From the NCBI GenBank assembly GCA_951406725.2, contig OX597825.1:13330001-13394000 (forward strand): 64,000 bases of DNA, written 5' to 3'. Under the pieces are notes generated by a model. That model ran no database searches and was not told where the DNA came from. It worked only from the letters and a program-made list of their open reading frames with translations. The translations under genes were made by a program, and so were the position numbers. Positions 15,280 through 27,775 of this stretch are shown in pieces; within the stretch, counting starts at the first letter, position 1, and every line of letters starts with the position of its first letter. The DNA comes from Octopus vulgaris. Taxonomy: Eukaryota.

Positions 15280-15478
15280 TCCACCTTGGCTCACTGTTGC
15301 TGAACAGTAAATGGGTATTGTTATATTTGCTCCCTTACGTGTTTCAGTCTTTGGACTGCGGTCATACTGGAGCATTGCCTTGCAGGATTTTAGTCGAACA
15401 AATTTTTTTTTTTTTTTTTAAGTCTGTTGGATCAACTGGAAGCCGTCACGCAGTCGCTGGGGGTGCTAGTGCCATATA

Positions 15479-16373
15479 CGTGGTCCGATCAATAAGTATC
15501 AGGATTGTTGCCATAGTAACGAAGCTAAAGCACGCAGAATAAAGCCGCTTGGCATGGATTAACCTGCAACAATGGTGTGCATGCACACTAAGTATTCGTA
15601 TTCTAGCTCCCTTCCGCTGTTTACAACAGTGATTGGAAGTAAGATGTGTAGTGTATGATCATCGCATTGACCCTGACAGACAAAGTTGAGCAGAGAATCT
15701 GCATAACATTTTGCCATGAACTTGGTGATATCTGATAAGAGGCATATGCAAAGTTTTCAAAAAGTTTTCATCGTTCTTGACACAATGAAGGAGGTCTTAT
15801 GCTACTGAAATCCGAGTGTCTTCTTGATCAGATGAAAGCGGTTTTGGCAAAAACTTAGCAGATACGCGTTTCGTATTCGAATCTTCAGTGATAATGTCCT
15901 CAACTGAACCATAACTAAACTGCACATCTTTTGATAACTCAAAGATGGTGATTCGACGATTTCCTTAGACAGCTGCACGCACATCTTCGATGTTTTTTTT
16001 AGTTCTGCTGGTTGTAGCTCTTCCAGGACGTTCGTCTCTATCGAGATATTTTCGGTCATCTTGGAAATATCTGATTTACTTTTACACTTGTATTTGGCTC
16101 ATACACTCCTCTCCATACACTTTCTGCAACACTGTGTGGGCCTCTGAGTAGGCATCGCCATGACAACTTTCTCTGTGACGGTTAATTTGACGATCGCACG
16201 CTACACACCTTTCTTCCAAGTATTGTTGTAAACAGCAGAAGTGAGCTAGAACGTTAAAACTTAGAGCGCATACACAGCAGAGTTCAAGGTCAATTTTTGC
16301 GGAGCGGCTTCACTTTGCCTGCTTTAGCTTCGTTACTGTGGCAAGAGTCCGGATACTTATTGATCCGATCTCG
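15479..16373 (-). mobile_element. Internally deleted mariner element with ~70-bp TIRs
   Basis: TA-flanked inverted ends cgtggtccgatcaataagtatcagga... / ...ccggatacttattgatccgatctcg. Minus strand encodes the decayed N-terminal HTH region LQKVYGEECMS..DERPGRATTSRT..NRRITIFELS..RVSAKF. Confidence 0.9.
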
Positions 16374-16374
16374 T

Positions 16375-16415
16375 ATATATACGAATGCATACATACGTGC
16401 ACACACACACATACA

Positions 16416-16500
<85 letters not shown>

Positions 16501-16638
16501 AGAGTTTACGAAAAAAACAAAAGACGAAGACAGGTGCTGTACAAAAGAAACAGATGTATTAGTATACCGCTCAGGAATAGAAAAGTCTTTTACGTTTCGA
16601 GCCTACGCTCTTCTCCAGAAAGGGACACAGAAAAAACA

Positions 16639-16672
<34 letters not shown>

Positions 16673-16827
16673 TTTATATCATTGTATGTATATATCGTTA
16701 CTTTTCATTTAAAAAAAAAGCCTTCATTTTTTATATACAATGTGCATTTTCTTTCTTTTTTTTCTTTTTACTTTTCTCCTGCTTATACCATGTGTAGTCT
16801 CTTTTCTCTTTGAAACCTATTTCTATT

Positions 16828-16864
<37 letters not shown>

Positions 16865-16935
16865 ATACATATATATACATATATATATATATATATACCT
16901 ATATATATACATATATATACATATATATATATACA

Positions 16936-17015
<80 letters not shown>

Positions 17016-17018
17016 ATA

Positions 17019-17061
<43 letters not shown>

Positions 17062-17410
17062 GTATATGCATATATATATAGATATATAGGTATTTATACG
17101 CGCCTCTGTATACATATATATATATACATATACGTATGAATATATGTATGTTTCTATGTATGTATGTATGTGTGTGTATGTTTATTAATATATTTATATA
17201 TATATATATATTTATTTATTTATATTTATATAATATATAAATATATATATGTTTGTATGTATTTGAATATATGAATATAAGTGTACGTATCTGTATGCAT
17301 ATATATATACATACATACATATATATATATATATATTTACACACACACACACGCGTGTACACATGAACCCGCACACACACACACACACACAAATACACAT
17401 ACACAGAGAC
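16375..17410. repeat. (CA)/(TA)/(TG) microsatellite block
   Basis: Directly visible. Confidence 0.93.
16587..16622 (-). ncRNA. Minimal type I hammerhead-like motif (core variant CUGGAGA) in a short (TA)n-embedded repeat (~16498-16643)
   Basis: Minus strand: cttt-CTGGAGA-a-gagc-gtag-gctc-GAAAC-GTA-aaag. Stems I and II are perfect and one core position deviates. Confidence 0.65.
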
Positions 17411-17805
17411 ACGTACTCAAACTTAATGAAGCTACGCTCCTGTGGTTAAGACAAACGTAGAAACAGCCTGTATGAGTCTGTGCCTATTAACGCATAATAC
17501 ATATCTCATTAATCTTTGTAATTTGTTCCTGCTGAGCGAATAGGCTGGAAACTAATAAAGTTGATATTTCTTCTTGCTCTGATCTGAATTCGTGTATTTA
17601 CTGTACAAGTCAGCAACTTGCTTTCCCCTTTTAGAATGTTTGTCAAACACTTGCACACTCTAGGTTTCGGACCGACGCGCGAACACGGTGGGCCCTACCC
17701 CACTCTTTCACTCACACCCTCTTTACCTCACTCCCTCACTCACGCCCTCTCAGTTTTCTTCTTTGTTTGTCTGTCTGTCTTCTGTCTCTGTCTCTGTCTC
17801 TCCTT

Positions 17806-17866
<61 letters not shown>

Positions 17867-18007
17867 GCTCGCTCCTCACTCTACTACGCTTCACTGAATG
17901 TAGATAATTAAAAATTTAATAATTAATTTTAAATATTTTGATTTTGAACTTAATCCGTAAACTTGAATTAAATCTAATCCTTTTATGTGTGTATATATAT
18001 ATATTTG

Positions 18008-18060
<53 letters not shown>

Positions 18061-18850
18061 ATATGTATGTATACATGTATGTAGATATAAATACACATAC
18101 AGATATATATATATATAAACATATATATATATTTATATACATATGTTTTTATTTAAAAACAATTACAACTTTTTCAAATTTAGGTGCATTTTCAACAACA
18201 AATTTGCCTGTATATATGTGTGTGTATGTATGTATATATGTATGCATGTATATATGTATATATACATATATATATATACATACATAAATACAGACATACA
18301 TACATACATACATACGTACATACATACATACACACACAAACACTCACATTAAGCTAGGTTGAAATGTTCGTTGCTGTTAAAAAATAGCTTAATCACACGG
18401 TTTGTTTGTAGGTGACTAACCCGAGCACATCATCAGGTGAGCTTAGCGAGAAGAGTTATAAGAAACTCAGCAGGGCAAAGAAAAACAGCAAAAATTCAAC
18501 CATTCCTGTCAGATAACCTAATGGCTCTTTAATAGAGTTTGTAGCTATCTGGTCATGACAACAGAATAAAATGAGCGCGCTGTAAGACCACTGACAGTGC
18601 GGCAGACTCTTAGATATTATCACGCCGTCTGTTTCGTAGAGGGAAATTATCTTAATTCAAGTCTTGGCTTCTGGTGGATGTTTCTGAGTAGCAATGGTTG
18701 GAGACGGAAAAAAGGCTGATATATAAATTGTGAGAGTTTGGTATTTGGGATTGTGTGAAAATTCAACTGAGGTGGGTATGCTATTTTCGTAAATTTGCCA
18801 AGGTATTTCTGTTTCGAAATGAAAGTTACCCGACAAAGGAGGGACACTGA

Positions 18851-18915
<65 letters not shown>

Positions 18916-18918
18916 ATG

Positions 18919-18967
<49 letters not shown>

Positions 18968-19168
18968 CACACATATATATATATATTGGAAGGTTTGGAG
19001 ATGGTGTACAGGTATTTTATATTAGAAGAAATGAGGTACTCAGAAATTCGGATGGTTTTATATTTACAGATATTTATTTGTATATTACATGTTTTTATAC
19101 ATCGTATAACTTATATCATATATCATAAATTAGCGCTTTCGTCCATTCTAGTGGAGTTTTCAAATATA

Positions 19169-19930
19169 CGATGTGGTATCAAAATATTCCCGGACTAATT
19201 GTGGTTCATAAAAAATAACTTATTTACCAAACTTTTAACATAATCTCCTTCGAAATAGTCCCCTTGCACTGTAATACGCTGGTCCCTGGTCCCTGCGTTT
19301 CTTCTACCTTTGGAATTCGACCCGGAAGTTGTTTTCTGTAATCTGGTCGAGGACCTCTTGCGATTTGCTCTGGATTTCGACAATCGTGTCAAAACGGCGA
19401 TTTTTGAGCTGCATTTTCATCCTGGGGAAGAGATGGAAGTCCGCAGGTGCTAAATCTGGCGTATAGGGTAGGTACAGAGGCGATACTATATTGTTTTTGG
19501 CGAGGAACTCACGAATGGGGAGCGATCGGTGAAGAATCCAGTATTTCGCGCTCCCCAAATCAGGTCGTTTTCGCCGGCCGTCCTCCCTAAAACACCTCAA
19601 AACGTCGCAGTAGAACTCTCGATTGACAGTCTGGCCCTGGGGGAAGATTTCTAGATGCTTAATAGAAATTATGCATCTAGAAATAGTGGCAAGACTTCCG
19701 GGTAGATTCTTCCAATTTTGAAGCGCTTGTGCCATTCGAAATATTGAGTACGGCTCATTGGCTTGTCGCCATAATTTTGTCAATATCTCTATAGCAGACT
19801 TCCCAAGATTAACGCAAAATTTCATGTTGGCTCTTTTTCCAAACTTCCTGTCCATGCCAAAATTGCAGACTACAGCATAAATGTGACCACAAAAACACAA
19901 ATTTCAAAACATTGCGAATTAAACACTACT
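19169..19930 (-). pseudogene. Mariner transposase pseudogene with internal deletion
   Basis: ORF 19304-19900 has RANMKFCVNLGKSA (HTH start), PQGQTVNREFYCDVL and PYTPDLAPADFHLFPRMK (YSPDLAP motif). TIR-like end tacgatgtggtatcaaaatattcccggac. Confidence 0.92.
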
Positions 19931-19974
19931 AGCTCTCACGTCGCATAATTCAAACTTTGTACGAGTCCTTACCT

Positions 19975-20081
19975 CTTAGAATTCAAGGTGTAATTAATTA
20001 TTGCCAAACGCGATCCTACCCCATATTAAAATAAATTTGTTTGAAATTTTAAGGTGTTTCCAATATTTTGTCCAACCCCTG
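19975..20081. mobile_element. Tc1-like terminal fragment
   Basis: Minus strand begins TA-caggggttggacaaaatattggaaacacc, a typical Tc1 TIR shape. No partner end found. Confidence 0.55.
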
Positions 20082-20105
20082 TATGTATATATATATATAT
20101 ATATA

Positions 20106-20262
20106 TGTGAGATATATTTAACATCTCAATATGGTTAACCATTAAGGGTGGGTGTTACTGTAGTTTGTAGCCCCAGGAGAACATCACCTCCAGCTGGCTA
20201 CAAGCTACAGTAACACCCACCCTTAGTGGTTAGCTATATTGAGATGGCAAATATACCTCACA
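20106..20262. repeat. 67-bp near-perfect inverted repeat with 23-nt loop
   Basis: Arms 20106-20172 and 20196-20262 are complementary apart from about 7 positions. Confidence 0.95.
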
Positions 20263-20317
20263 TTGTCGTGCAGTTACTGTTTATACTTCGTTCAGAGATT
20301 TATTATTGCATATATGT

Positions 20318-20399
<82 letters not shown>

Positions 20400-20943
20400 G
20401 TATATACGCACGTATATATCAGATCACTTACTGAGCGCGATCTGCTTGTTATTTGATATTCGCGAGTTTATATTTGCAAAACGCTCTGATATCGTTTCAC
20501 TTCATTTTCAAGAATGTCTCTGCTCTAATTGAAACTCGTTCAAAAATGAATTTGATATACGAATTTTCTTTTATTTTTAATGACTTCTGTTTTTTTGGGG
20601 TTTTTTTTCTATTTGCATATTTTCTTTTTTCACTTTATGCTCTATGATATTCTAAATTGCTGAAATCTCACCGCAAATATTCTGAAGATTTATATGTGAT
20701 TAAAGTAAAATTTGATTTAAGTTGGTAGTAACAGAAATTATTTTTTTAATTTCATTTTCATGTTTTTAGTATCTTCTGGAATTTGTTTATGTTATTTATA
20801 ATCCCAAGGAACAATCTAGTACAATGTGAGTGTAGGTGTGTATTCGTGTGTTTGGGTGAATATCTGAGTGTGTGTGTGTCTGTGTGTGTGTGTGTGTGTG
20901 TCTGTGTGTGTGTGTGTATTTGGGTAATGCAGTAATAGATATG

Positions 20944-21620
20944 TATTCATCCCATAAATAATGCAGTTTTTTATACTGCTTTTATTTTTCAAAATTTAGA
21001 TAAACAAATTTCTTTTTTAAGCAAAAATATATTCTCCTTCATTTTTTACACTGCTCTTCTTTCTATCTGGTAGAACCGCAAGGCCTCTCTGCCAAAATTC
21101 ACCTGTCCGTGATGAAACATACTCCTTCGGTACTATTCTGAACACGTCTACAGAATTCATATTTCTTCCATCAAAATGATTTTGAAGATTGTGGAATAAA
21201 TGATAATCCGATGGGGCAATGTCTGGTGAATATGGTGGGCAGGGAATCGTTTTCCATTCAAACCGCACCAGCCTTTGGAATGTCATCCTCGCTGTATGTG
21301 GCCGAGCATTATCCTGATGGAAAAACACCTTTCGTCTTGAAACCAAAGATGGTCATTTTACTTCTAGCGTTGGTTTAAGCCGCTCAAAGCTGCTCGCAGT
21401 AGATCTCCTTTGTTATCGTTTGGTTTGGGTTTAAAAGTTCAAAGTGCATTAAACCTTTCATATCCCACCATACAGATAACAGCACATTACGTGGGTGAAG
21501 AGCTTCTTTAGTCTGGGGTGCCGATGTTTTTCCTTTCCGTTCGGCGATTGGCATATTTATAGAGAACCCATTTCTCATCACCAGTGACTATTCGGTTTTA
21601 AAAAGGTTCATTCACGTCTC
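20944..21620 (-). pseudogene. Mariner transposase pseudogene (catalytic half)
   Basis: Minus strand has RIVTGDEKWVLY, VLLSVWWDMKG, FHQDNARPH and PPYSPDIAPSDYHLF, with frameshifts. Confidence 0.95.
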
Positions 21621-21621
21621 T

Positions 21622-21724
21622 TTTTGCCGAACCGCTACGTTACAGGGACGAAATTACGAATATTTGCGACTACCACCGAGATCTGCTCCCACGGGGATGT
21701 TGGGGGACAAATACAGACGTACAT

Positions 21725-21755
<31 letters not shown>

Positions 21756-21921
21756 CATATATTTGACGGGCTTCCTTCAGTTTCCGTCTACTAAATCCAC
21801 CCACAAGGCTTTGGTCGGCCAGAGTCTATAGTAGAAAACACTTGCCCAAGGTGCCACGCAATGGGACTGAAGCCAGGACCATGTGGCTTGTAAGCAAGCT
21901 ACTTACCACACAGCCACTCCT
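21622..21921 (-). mobile_element. SINE family A, 3'-incomplete
   Basis: cttgcccaaggtgccacgc...cttaccacacagccactcct. Confidence 0.88.
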
Positions 21922-23125
21922 ATATATATATATATATATATATAACTGAATACACACACACATTTATTTAAACATTTATATATACATACATGCATACACA
22001 CACACACATACATATGTATATATACATATGGATCTACTCATGTATACAAACGTAGATAATTACATATGTATGTTACGTATATACTCAGATATATGTTTAT
22101 ATGTGTATATATGTATTTATGTTTACTTAAACGTACAAACACATAATTACATACTTATTGTGTAAGTATATATAAATGTTTGTGTGTGTGTGTGTGTGAG
22201 TGAGTGTGTGGGTTGGGTGCGTATTCACTTGCCTACATGTGTTTGAATAAGGAACATGGTGTTTAAAATGTTACGCTGTTCGATTTTTATCTTAACAAAT
22301 GAAGACACTTCCATTCCAAAGATGTGTAAATATTCAAGTGCTAGTTTATTCCACTTGATCATTCGCCTGATATGGTATCGTCTTCTTCGTTGGTACTGTT
22401 CACGAAGTATGTTCAATCAGATCCATTTAAAGACGGTGTTCTTCCTTTGGTTACCGTTTTCAAACAACTCTGAAGCTGTCAGGCATTTTGACAAAATTCT
22501 TCCTCCCTCAGGGAATAGGAAAATCTTTTGCCTTACAATTCTTTAGATGCTGTACAGATAAGAGCGATATCACTGCTGAGAACAACATTCGAATTTGTTT
22601 GTAAAAGCGATTGTTATAAGTGAAAGTTTTTCGTTAAACGATCCATCGTCGGGCCCTGAGCTGGGAAATACTTCCATATCTGTGAAGGACACCATTAAAA
22701 TTAAGAATCTGGTCCTGCCAGCAATCTTTGAATCACGGTTTTCCAGGCAGTTTTGGATTGACGTGGACTCGTCTCATTTCCACATAGCGTATTTGAGAAT
22801 ATAAAAGACACACGGGTATATTACATGTATCCCCAATTTCCAAAACACATATTCCCCCTTTACTATCTAAACCAACCATATCTAGCCAAAACGTTCTACT
22901 TTATTTTCAAACTGACCAGATCCAGATCTGGCCTTTCACACTTACTCTACAATGTCATTCAAAAAGAACAGTCACCCCATCAAAGTCTTGAAATTATGAG
23001 GTAATATATGATTAATTCAAACAATGTAAATAAATAAACATGATACAGTTCTATATTTAAGAGATGAGGAATTATGTACATTATTTACAGTTGACGGATA
23101 TTTGTCCTCATCTTGTTTGTCATTC

Positions 23126-23170
23126 ACACAACGTTTCGGCTGATATACCCTCCAGCCTTCATCAGGTGTC
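23126..23170 (-). ncRNA. Minimal type I hammerhead ribozyme (PLE/retrozyme type)
   Basis: gacac-CTGATGA-a-ggctg-gagggtatat-cagcc-GAAAC-GTT-gtgt. Intact core, stems I and II, palindromic AACGTT in place of stem III. Confidence 0.85.
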
Positions 23171-23258
23171 TCGGGGAAATTTCGAATCTAGATTCTCATT
23201 CCTAAGGCATTTTCCGATGTTACCATTATTATTATTATTGTTGTTGTTGTTGTTGTTG

Positions 23259-23306
<48 letters not shown>

Positions 23307-23365
23307 GTATTATAACATCGAAAAAATACCTTAGGAATGAGAACTCAGGTTCGAAATTTCCCAAA

Positions 23366-23411
23366 GACACCTGAAGAAGGCTGGAGGGTATATCAGCCGA
23401 AACGTTGTGTT
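23366..23411 (+). ncRNA. Minimal type I hammerhead ribozyme (PLE/retrozyme type)
   Basis: gacac-CTGAAGA-a-ggctg-gagggtatat-cagcc-GAAAC-GTT-gtgtt. Predicted cleavage after 23406. Confidence 0.85.
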
Positions 23412-23544
23412 AACAAGAAACAAGATGAGGACAAATATCCGTCAAATGTAAATAATGTAAATACTGTAAATAATTCCTCATCTCTTAAATATAGAACTGG
23501 AGGATAGAGTTATTTACCTTGTTAAATTATGAGGAAAGTATATA

Positions 23545-24120
23545 ATGCGTCTTGTCTATTTTGGGTGATATTTTTGAGAAGTCGAATAAACTTGTTCTTC
23601 AGATGGAAGGAAATAATACAAATATCATAAAATTCATTGATTCTTTGAAAGTTTGAAAGCTTTCATGAACAAACTGGAATATTGGAAGAGTAAGGTCAGA
23701 ATCAAAAATGTTGCAATGATTGAGAAACTGTCATAAATGTTTGTGGCCATCGGTGAAAATGAAGAACTTCAAAATCAGCTGACAATAAAAAATTTGGTCG
23801 AATTTGACAGAACTGGAAAATTAATTCTGCCTACACTTTGCTAAATTCTGTGAAGAAGAGAGAGAATTTAGTGCGAAACAATTTAAATTGCCAGTTAACA
23901 AAGTAAAAAAAAATGAAGAATGATTGGGAAGCAATATTTTCCCATGAGAAATCGATCACAAGATTTTGTCTCTTAATGTGTGAATTTTGTCCAAAGATGA
24001 TACAAAGATCTCTAAAAGTATTTTTTTTATTTATTCGTATCATCCTATCCTTACGAGACGACCCTTTTCAACTCTGTTACAAATAAAAGTAAAGAAACTA
24101 AACGAAAACAGAAGTTGAAA
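23545..24120 (+). pseudogene. Decayed hAT (Buster/Charlie, ZBED5/FAM200-like) transposase C-terminal region
   Basis: Across frameshifts: RLVY(L)GDIFEKSNKLVLQMEGNNTNII..AFMNKLEYWKSKV..EKSITRFCLLMCEFCPKM..SSYPYET..FSTLLQIK. Confidence 0.8.
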
Positions 24121-24189
24121 TATAACAGTTTTGTACTCGTTTCAGCAATCTTCCAAGTATACAAATATTTTGCCACATATCTTTACTAC

Positions 24190-24573
24190 ACTAGGCACAA
24201 GGCCTGAAAATTTGGGGAAGGGAGCTAGTTGATTAGATCGACCCCAGTACGCTACTGGTACTTAATTTATCGACCCCGAAAGGATGAAAGGCAAAGTTGA
24301 CCCCAGCGGAATTTGAAATCAGAGCGTAAAGACAGACGAAATGCCTATTTCTTTACTACTCACAACGGGCTAAACACAGAGAGGACAAACAAAGACAGAC
24401 AAACGGATTAAGTCGATTACATCGACACCAGTGCGTAAATGGTACTTATTTAATCGACCCCGAAAGAATGAAACGCAAAGTCGACCTCGGCGGAATTTGG
24501 ACTCAGAACGTAGCGGCAGACGAAATACGGCTACGTATGTCGCCCGGTGTGCTAACGTTTCTGCCAGCTTGCC
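24190..24573 (-). mobile_element. SINE family B tandem dimer
   Basis: Same two-unit, two-tail structure as 11572-11940. Confidence 0.9.
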
Positions 24574-24756
24574 GTTCCAAGAAAATTTGATACAGGCTTT
24601 TAGAGTGACTGCCATCTTCACTAGAAAATTAAATACATTGCTCTGACATCATATTTAACTTTATTTTATTGAATTATGCTCCAGTAACTTTGGCCTGTTA
24701 AGTAAATAGTTAACTAGCACTCCACAGAAACGCATATCCTTAACATAGTTCTGAGG

Positions 24757-25183
24757 AGGGCGGTGAGCTGGCAGAAACGTTAGCACGCTGGGTGAAATAC
24801 TTGGCGGTATTTCGTCTGCCGTTACGTTCTGAGTTCAAATTCTGCCGAGGTCGACTTTGCCTTTCATCCTTTCGGGGTCGATTAAATAAGTATCAGTTAC
24901 GCACTGGGGTCGATGTAATCGACTGGCCCCCTGCCCTAAAATTTCGGGCCTTGTGCCTAGAGTAGAAAAGAATCGTTAGCACGCCGGACGAAATACTTAG
25001 CGGTATTTCGCCGGTCATTTACATTCTGAGTTCAAATTCCGCCGAGGTTGACTTTACCTTTCATCCTTTCGAGGTTAATTAAATAAATACCAGTTACGCA
25101 CTGGGGCGATGTAATCGACTTAACCATTTATCTGTCCTTGTTTGCCCCCTCTATGTTTAGCCCCCTGTGGGCAGTAAAGAAAT
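24757..25183 (+). mobile_element. SINE family B dimer inserted into an older CORE-type SINE (24716-25390, minus strand)
   Basis: ggcggtgagctggcagaaacgttagc start. Flanks atagttctgagga / atagtgctcagga form a degenerate TSD. Confidence 0.88.
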
Positions 25184-25767
25184 ATAGTGCTCAGGAAAAT
25201 TCACCGAGACACAGAATGTGACAAGGTTGGCATTTCGAAACACAGGTACTACTCATTTCCACCAGCCAGGTGGACGGAAGCAAGGTTATATAAAGTGATT
25301 TGCCCAAGGACAAAACACGTCACCTGGTATCGAGCTTGTGACCTTACAATCATGAGCTAACCAACCTAACCACTAAGCCACGCGGCTTCAATGCTTAGCA
25401 ATGAGCATAAAAACAAGAACTACTTTTATTTACCTTTTAAGATCTATCATTTTGTAAAAATGATTAATTGCCATTATAGATATAATACAGGTAGATGTTC
25501 AAATTAGTCATGGCTTGAGCTCTAAGGCACACAAGTCAGATCACCAGGGTTCCGAGCCGTATAAGTGACAGATGTGTCAACGTTTGCCCTCAATGGGGCG
25601 CATAAGGCCTTAAATCAAGATATGCGTATATTTGTGTGTTGCGTATGTATACGCAAAAATGTGTAAATGTGTGTGTGCGTGTGTGCTTGAGGGTTATAAT
25701 GTACACATCTATAAACACAGATACATACATGTATATATATATATATATATACATATATACACACACA

Positions 25768-25819
<52 letters not shown>

Positions 25820-25945
25820 CATACATGTGCGTGTATGTATGTATATATATATATCTGTAATTGTATACATTTACAGATAAATTCCTCTATGTACATAATA
25901 TCGAGGTCTCTTTCATTCTTTTGTAGTCTTACCATGTTTAACAAT

Positions 25946-26162
25946 ATACTCTTTTATTTGTTTCAGTCATTTGACTGCGGCCATGCTGGAGCACAGCCTT
26001 TAGTCGAGCAACTCGACCCCGGGACTTATTCTTTGTAAGCCCAGTACTTATTCTATCGGTCTCGTTTGCCGGGGACATAAACACACCAGCATCGGTTGTC
26101 AAGCAATGCTAGGGAGACAAACACACACACACAAACATATACACACACACACACAAACATAT

Positions 26163-26197
<35 letters not shown>

Positions 26198-26380
26198 CAT
26201 ATATATATACATATATACGACGGGCTTCTTTCAGTTTCTGTCTACCAAATCCACTCACAAGGCTTTGGTCGGCCCAAGGCTATAGTAGAAGACACTTGCC
26301 CAAGGTGCTACGCAGTGGGACTGAACCCGGAACCATGTGGTTGGTAAGCAAGCTACTTACCACACAGCCACTCCTGCGCC
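25946..26380 (-). mobile_element. Full-length SINE family A with internal microsatellite
   Basis: Reverse complement of 10059-10497. Confidence 0.92.
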
Positions 26381-27129
26381 TATATATATACACACACTGT
26401 ATATTCTTTTATATGTTAATGGTTTCAGACGTAGAACTGCGGCCAAACTGGAGCACCGCCTTAATTGTTTGTCAGTTTGTTGTCGCTGCATGGCTGGAGG
26501 TTGGTCTATGATTGAATTCGTAGCAGCTAATCTTCCCTGAGTATGTATATAAATACATATAAATAAATAAATATATATATACAGACACACAGACACGCGC
26601 GCGCACACACACACACAAACATAAATAAATACATAACACACACACACACACAGACACGTAAATATATATGCATATGTACAGGCATAACCTGCTCATATAC
26701 ATATACACGAACTATCGGCAATCAGATGTATGTTTGTATAGAATATTTCTATGTATGTTACTGTATGTGTGTGTCTGTATGTCTATCAGTCTGTCTGTGT
26801 ATACTTGTAGATGTTAGTATGTGTGTTTACGTGTGCAGGTTTTTCAAATTGGCTATTTTTCTCTTTACGTCTTCACTTAACACTTTCTTTTTATTTCTCT
26901 CTCTCTCTCTCTCTCTCTCTGTACTTCTCTGCCCCCACATCTCTCTCTCTCACACACTTTTCCCTCTTGTCTGCGGCTTTTTCTATCCTCTCTCATTTGA
27001 AGGTTTTGGAACCAAGAACGTAGAAGCCCACACAGCGAGTGGTCCCCAGTTAATTGCGCAAGAAAAGAAAGAACAAAATAATTCTAGATCGATTGTGTAT
27101 GCGTGCGCCCGAATAGGATGTAAATACGT

Positions 27130-27201
27130 CACATATACACACGTGCACACATAAGCACGCGAGCACACACACTCATATACGTACATATACATGTACGTGT
27201 G

Positions 27202-27237
<36 letters not shown>

Positions 27238-27397
27238 CAGACAGAGACAGAGAGACAGAGAGACAGAGGCATATATATACACATACATTTATATATACGA
27301 AGATATGTACATGTATATGCACAGGTAAGCGTAAACGTACATATATGTAGGTATGTATGTATATATGTATGTGTGTGTATGCACGTGTATTCAAGTG

Positions 27398-27436
<39 letters not shown>

Positions 27437-27470
27437 ACATGTGTACGTTTATAAATATATATGTACATTT

Positions 27471-27514
<44 letters not shown>

Positions 27515-27775
27515 GTATATATATATACATGTATACATGTGTATGTATATATAAAATATGAATATAAATATTTATACATTTATACATATATATATAGATA
27601 TATATATACACATATATATATACATATGTATATGTATATATCTATGTATAAACATACATATATGAATGTATATATATATATGTATGTATATAAGTTAATA
27701 TGTATATATCTATATATATATATGTGTCTGTGTGTGTGTGTGTTTGTGTGTATGTGTGTGTGTGTGCGCACGCGT
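27130..27775. repeat. Degenerate (TA)/(GA)/(TG) block
   Basis: Directly visible. Confidence 0.92.

Larger units (their letters stand above)
23046..23499. mobile_element. Head-to-head inverted pair of hammerhead-bearing repeats around a (TTA/TTG)n spacer
   Basis: Arms ~23046-23222 and ~23313-23499 are reverse complements (cagttctatatttaagagatgagg / cctcatctcttaaatatagaactg). Confidence 0.92.

Noticed and set aside
18400-18442. Possible 25-nt micro-exon (tttgtag|...cag|gtgagc)
   Set aside because: Splice-like motifs of this quality arise by chance in 64 kb, and there are no supporting neighbouring exons.
22225-22804. Complex unique sequence with short ORFs on both strands
   Set aside because: No frame stays open across the region and I recognise no motif, so it cannot be assigned.
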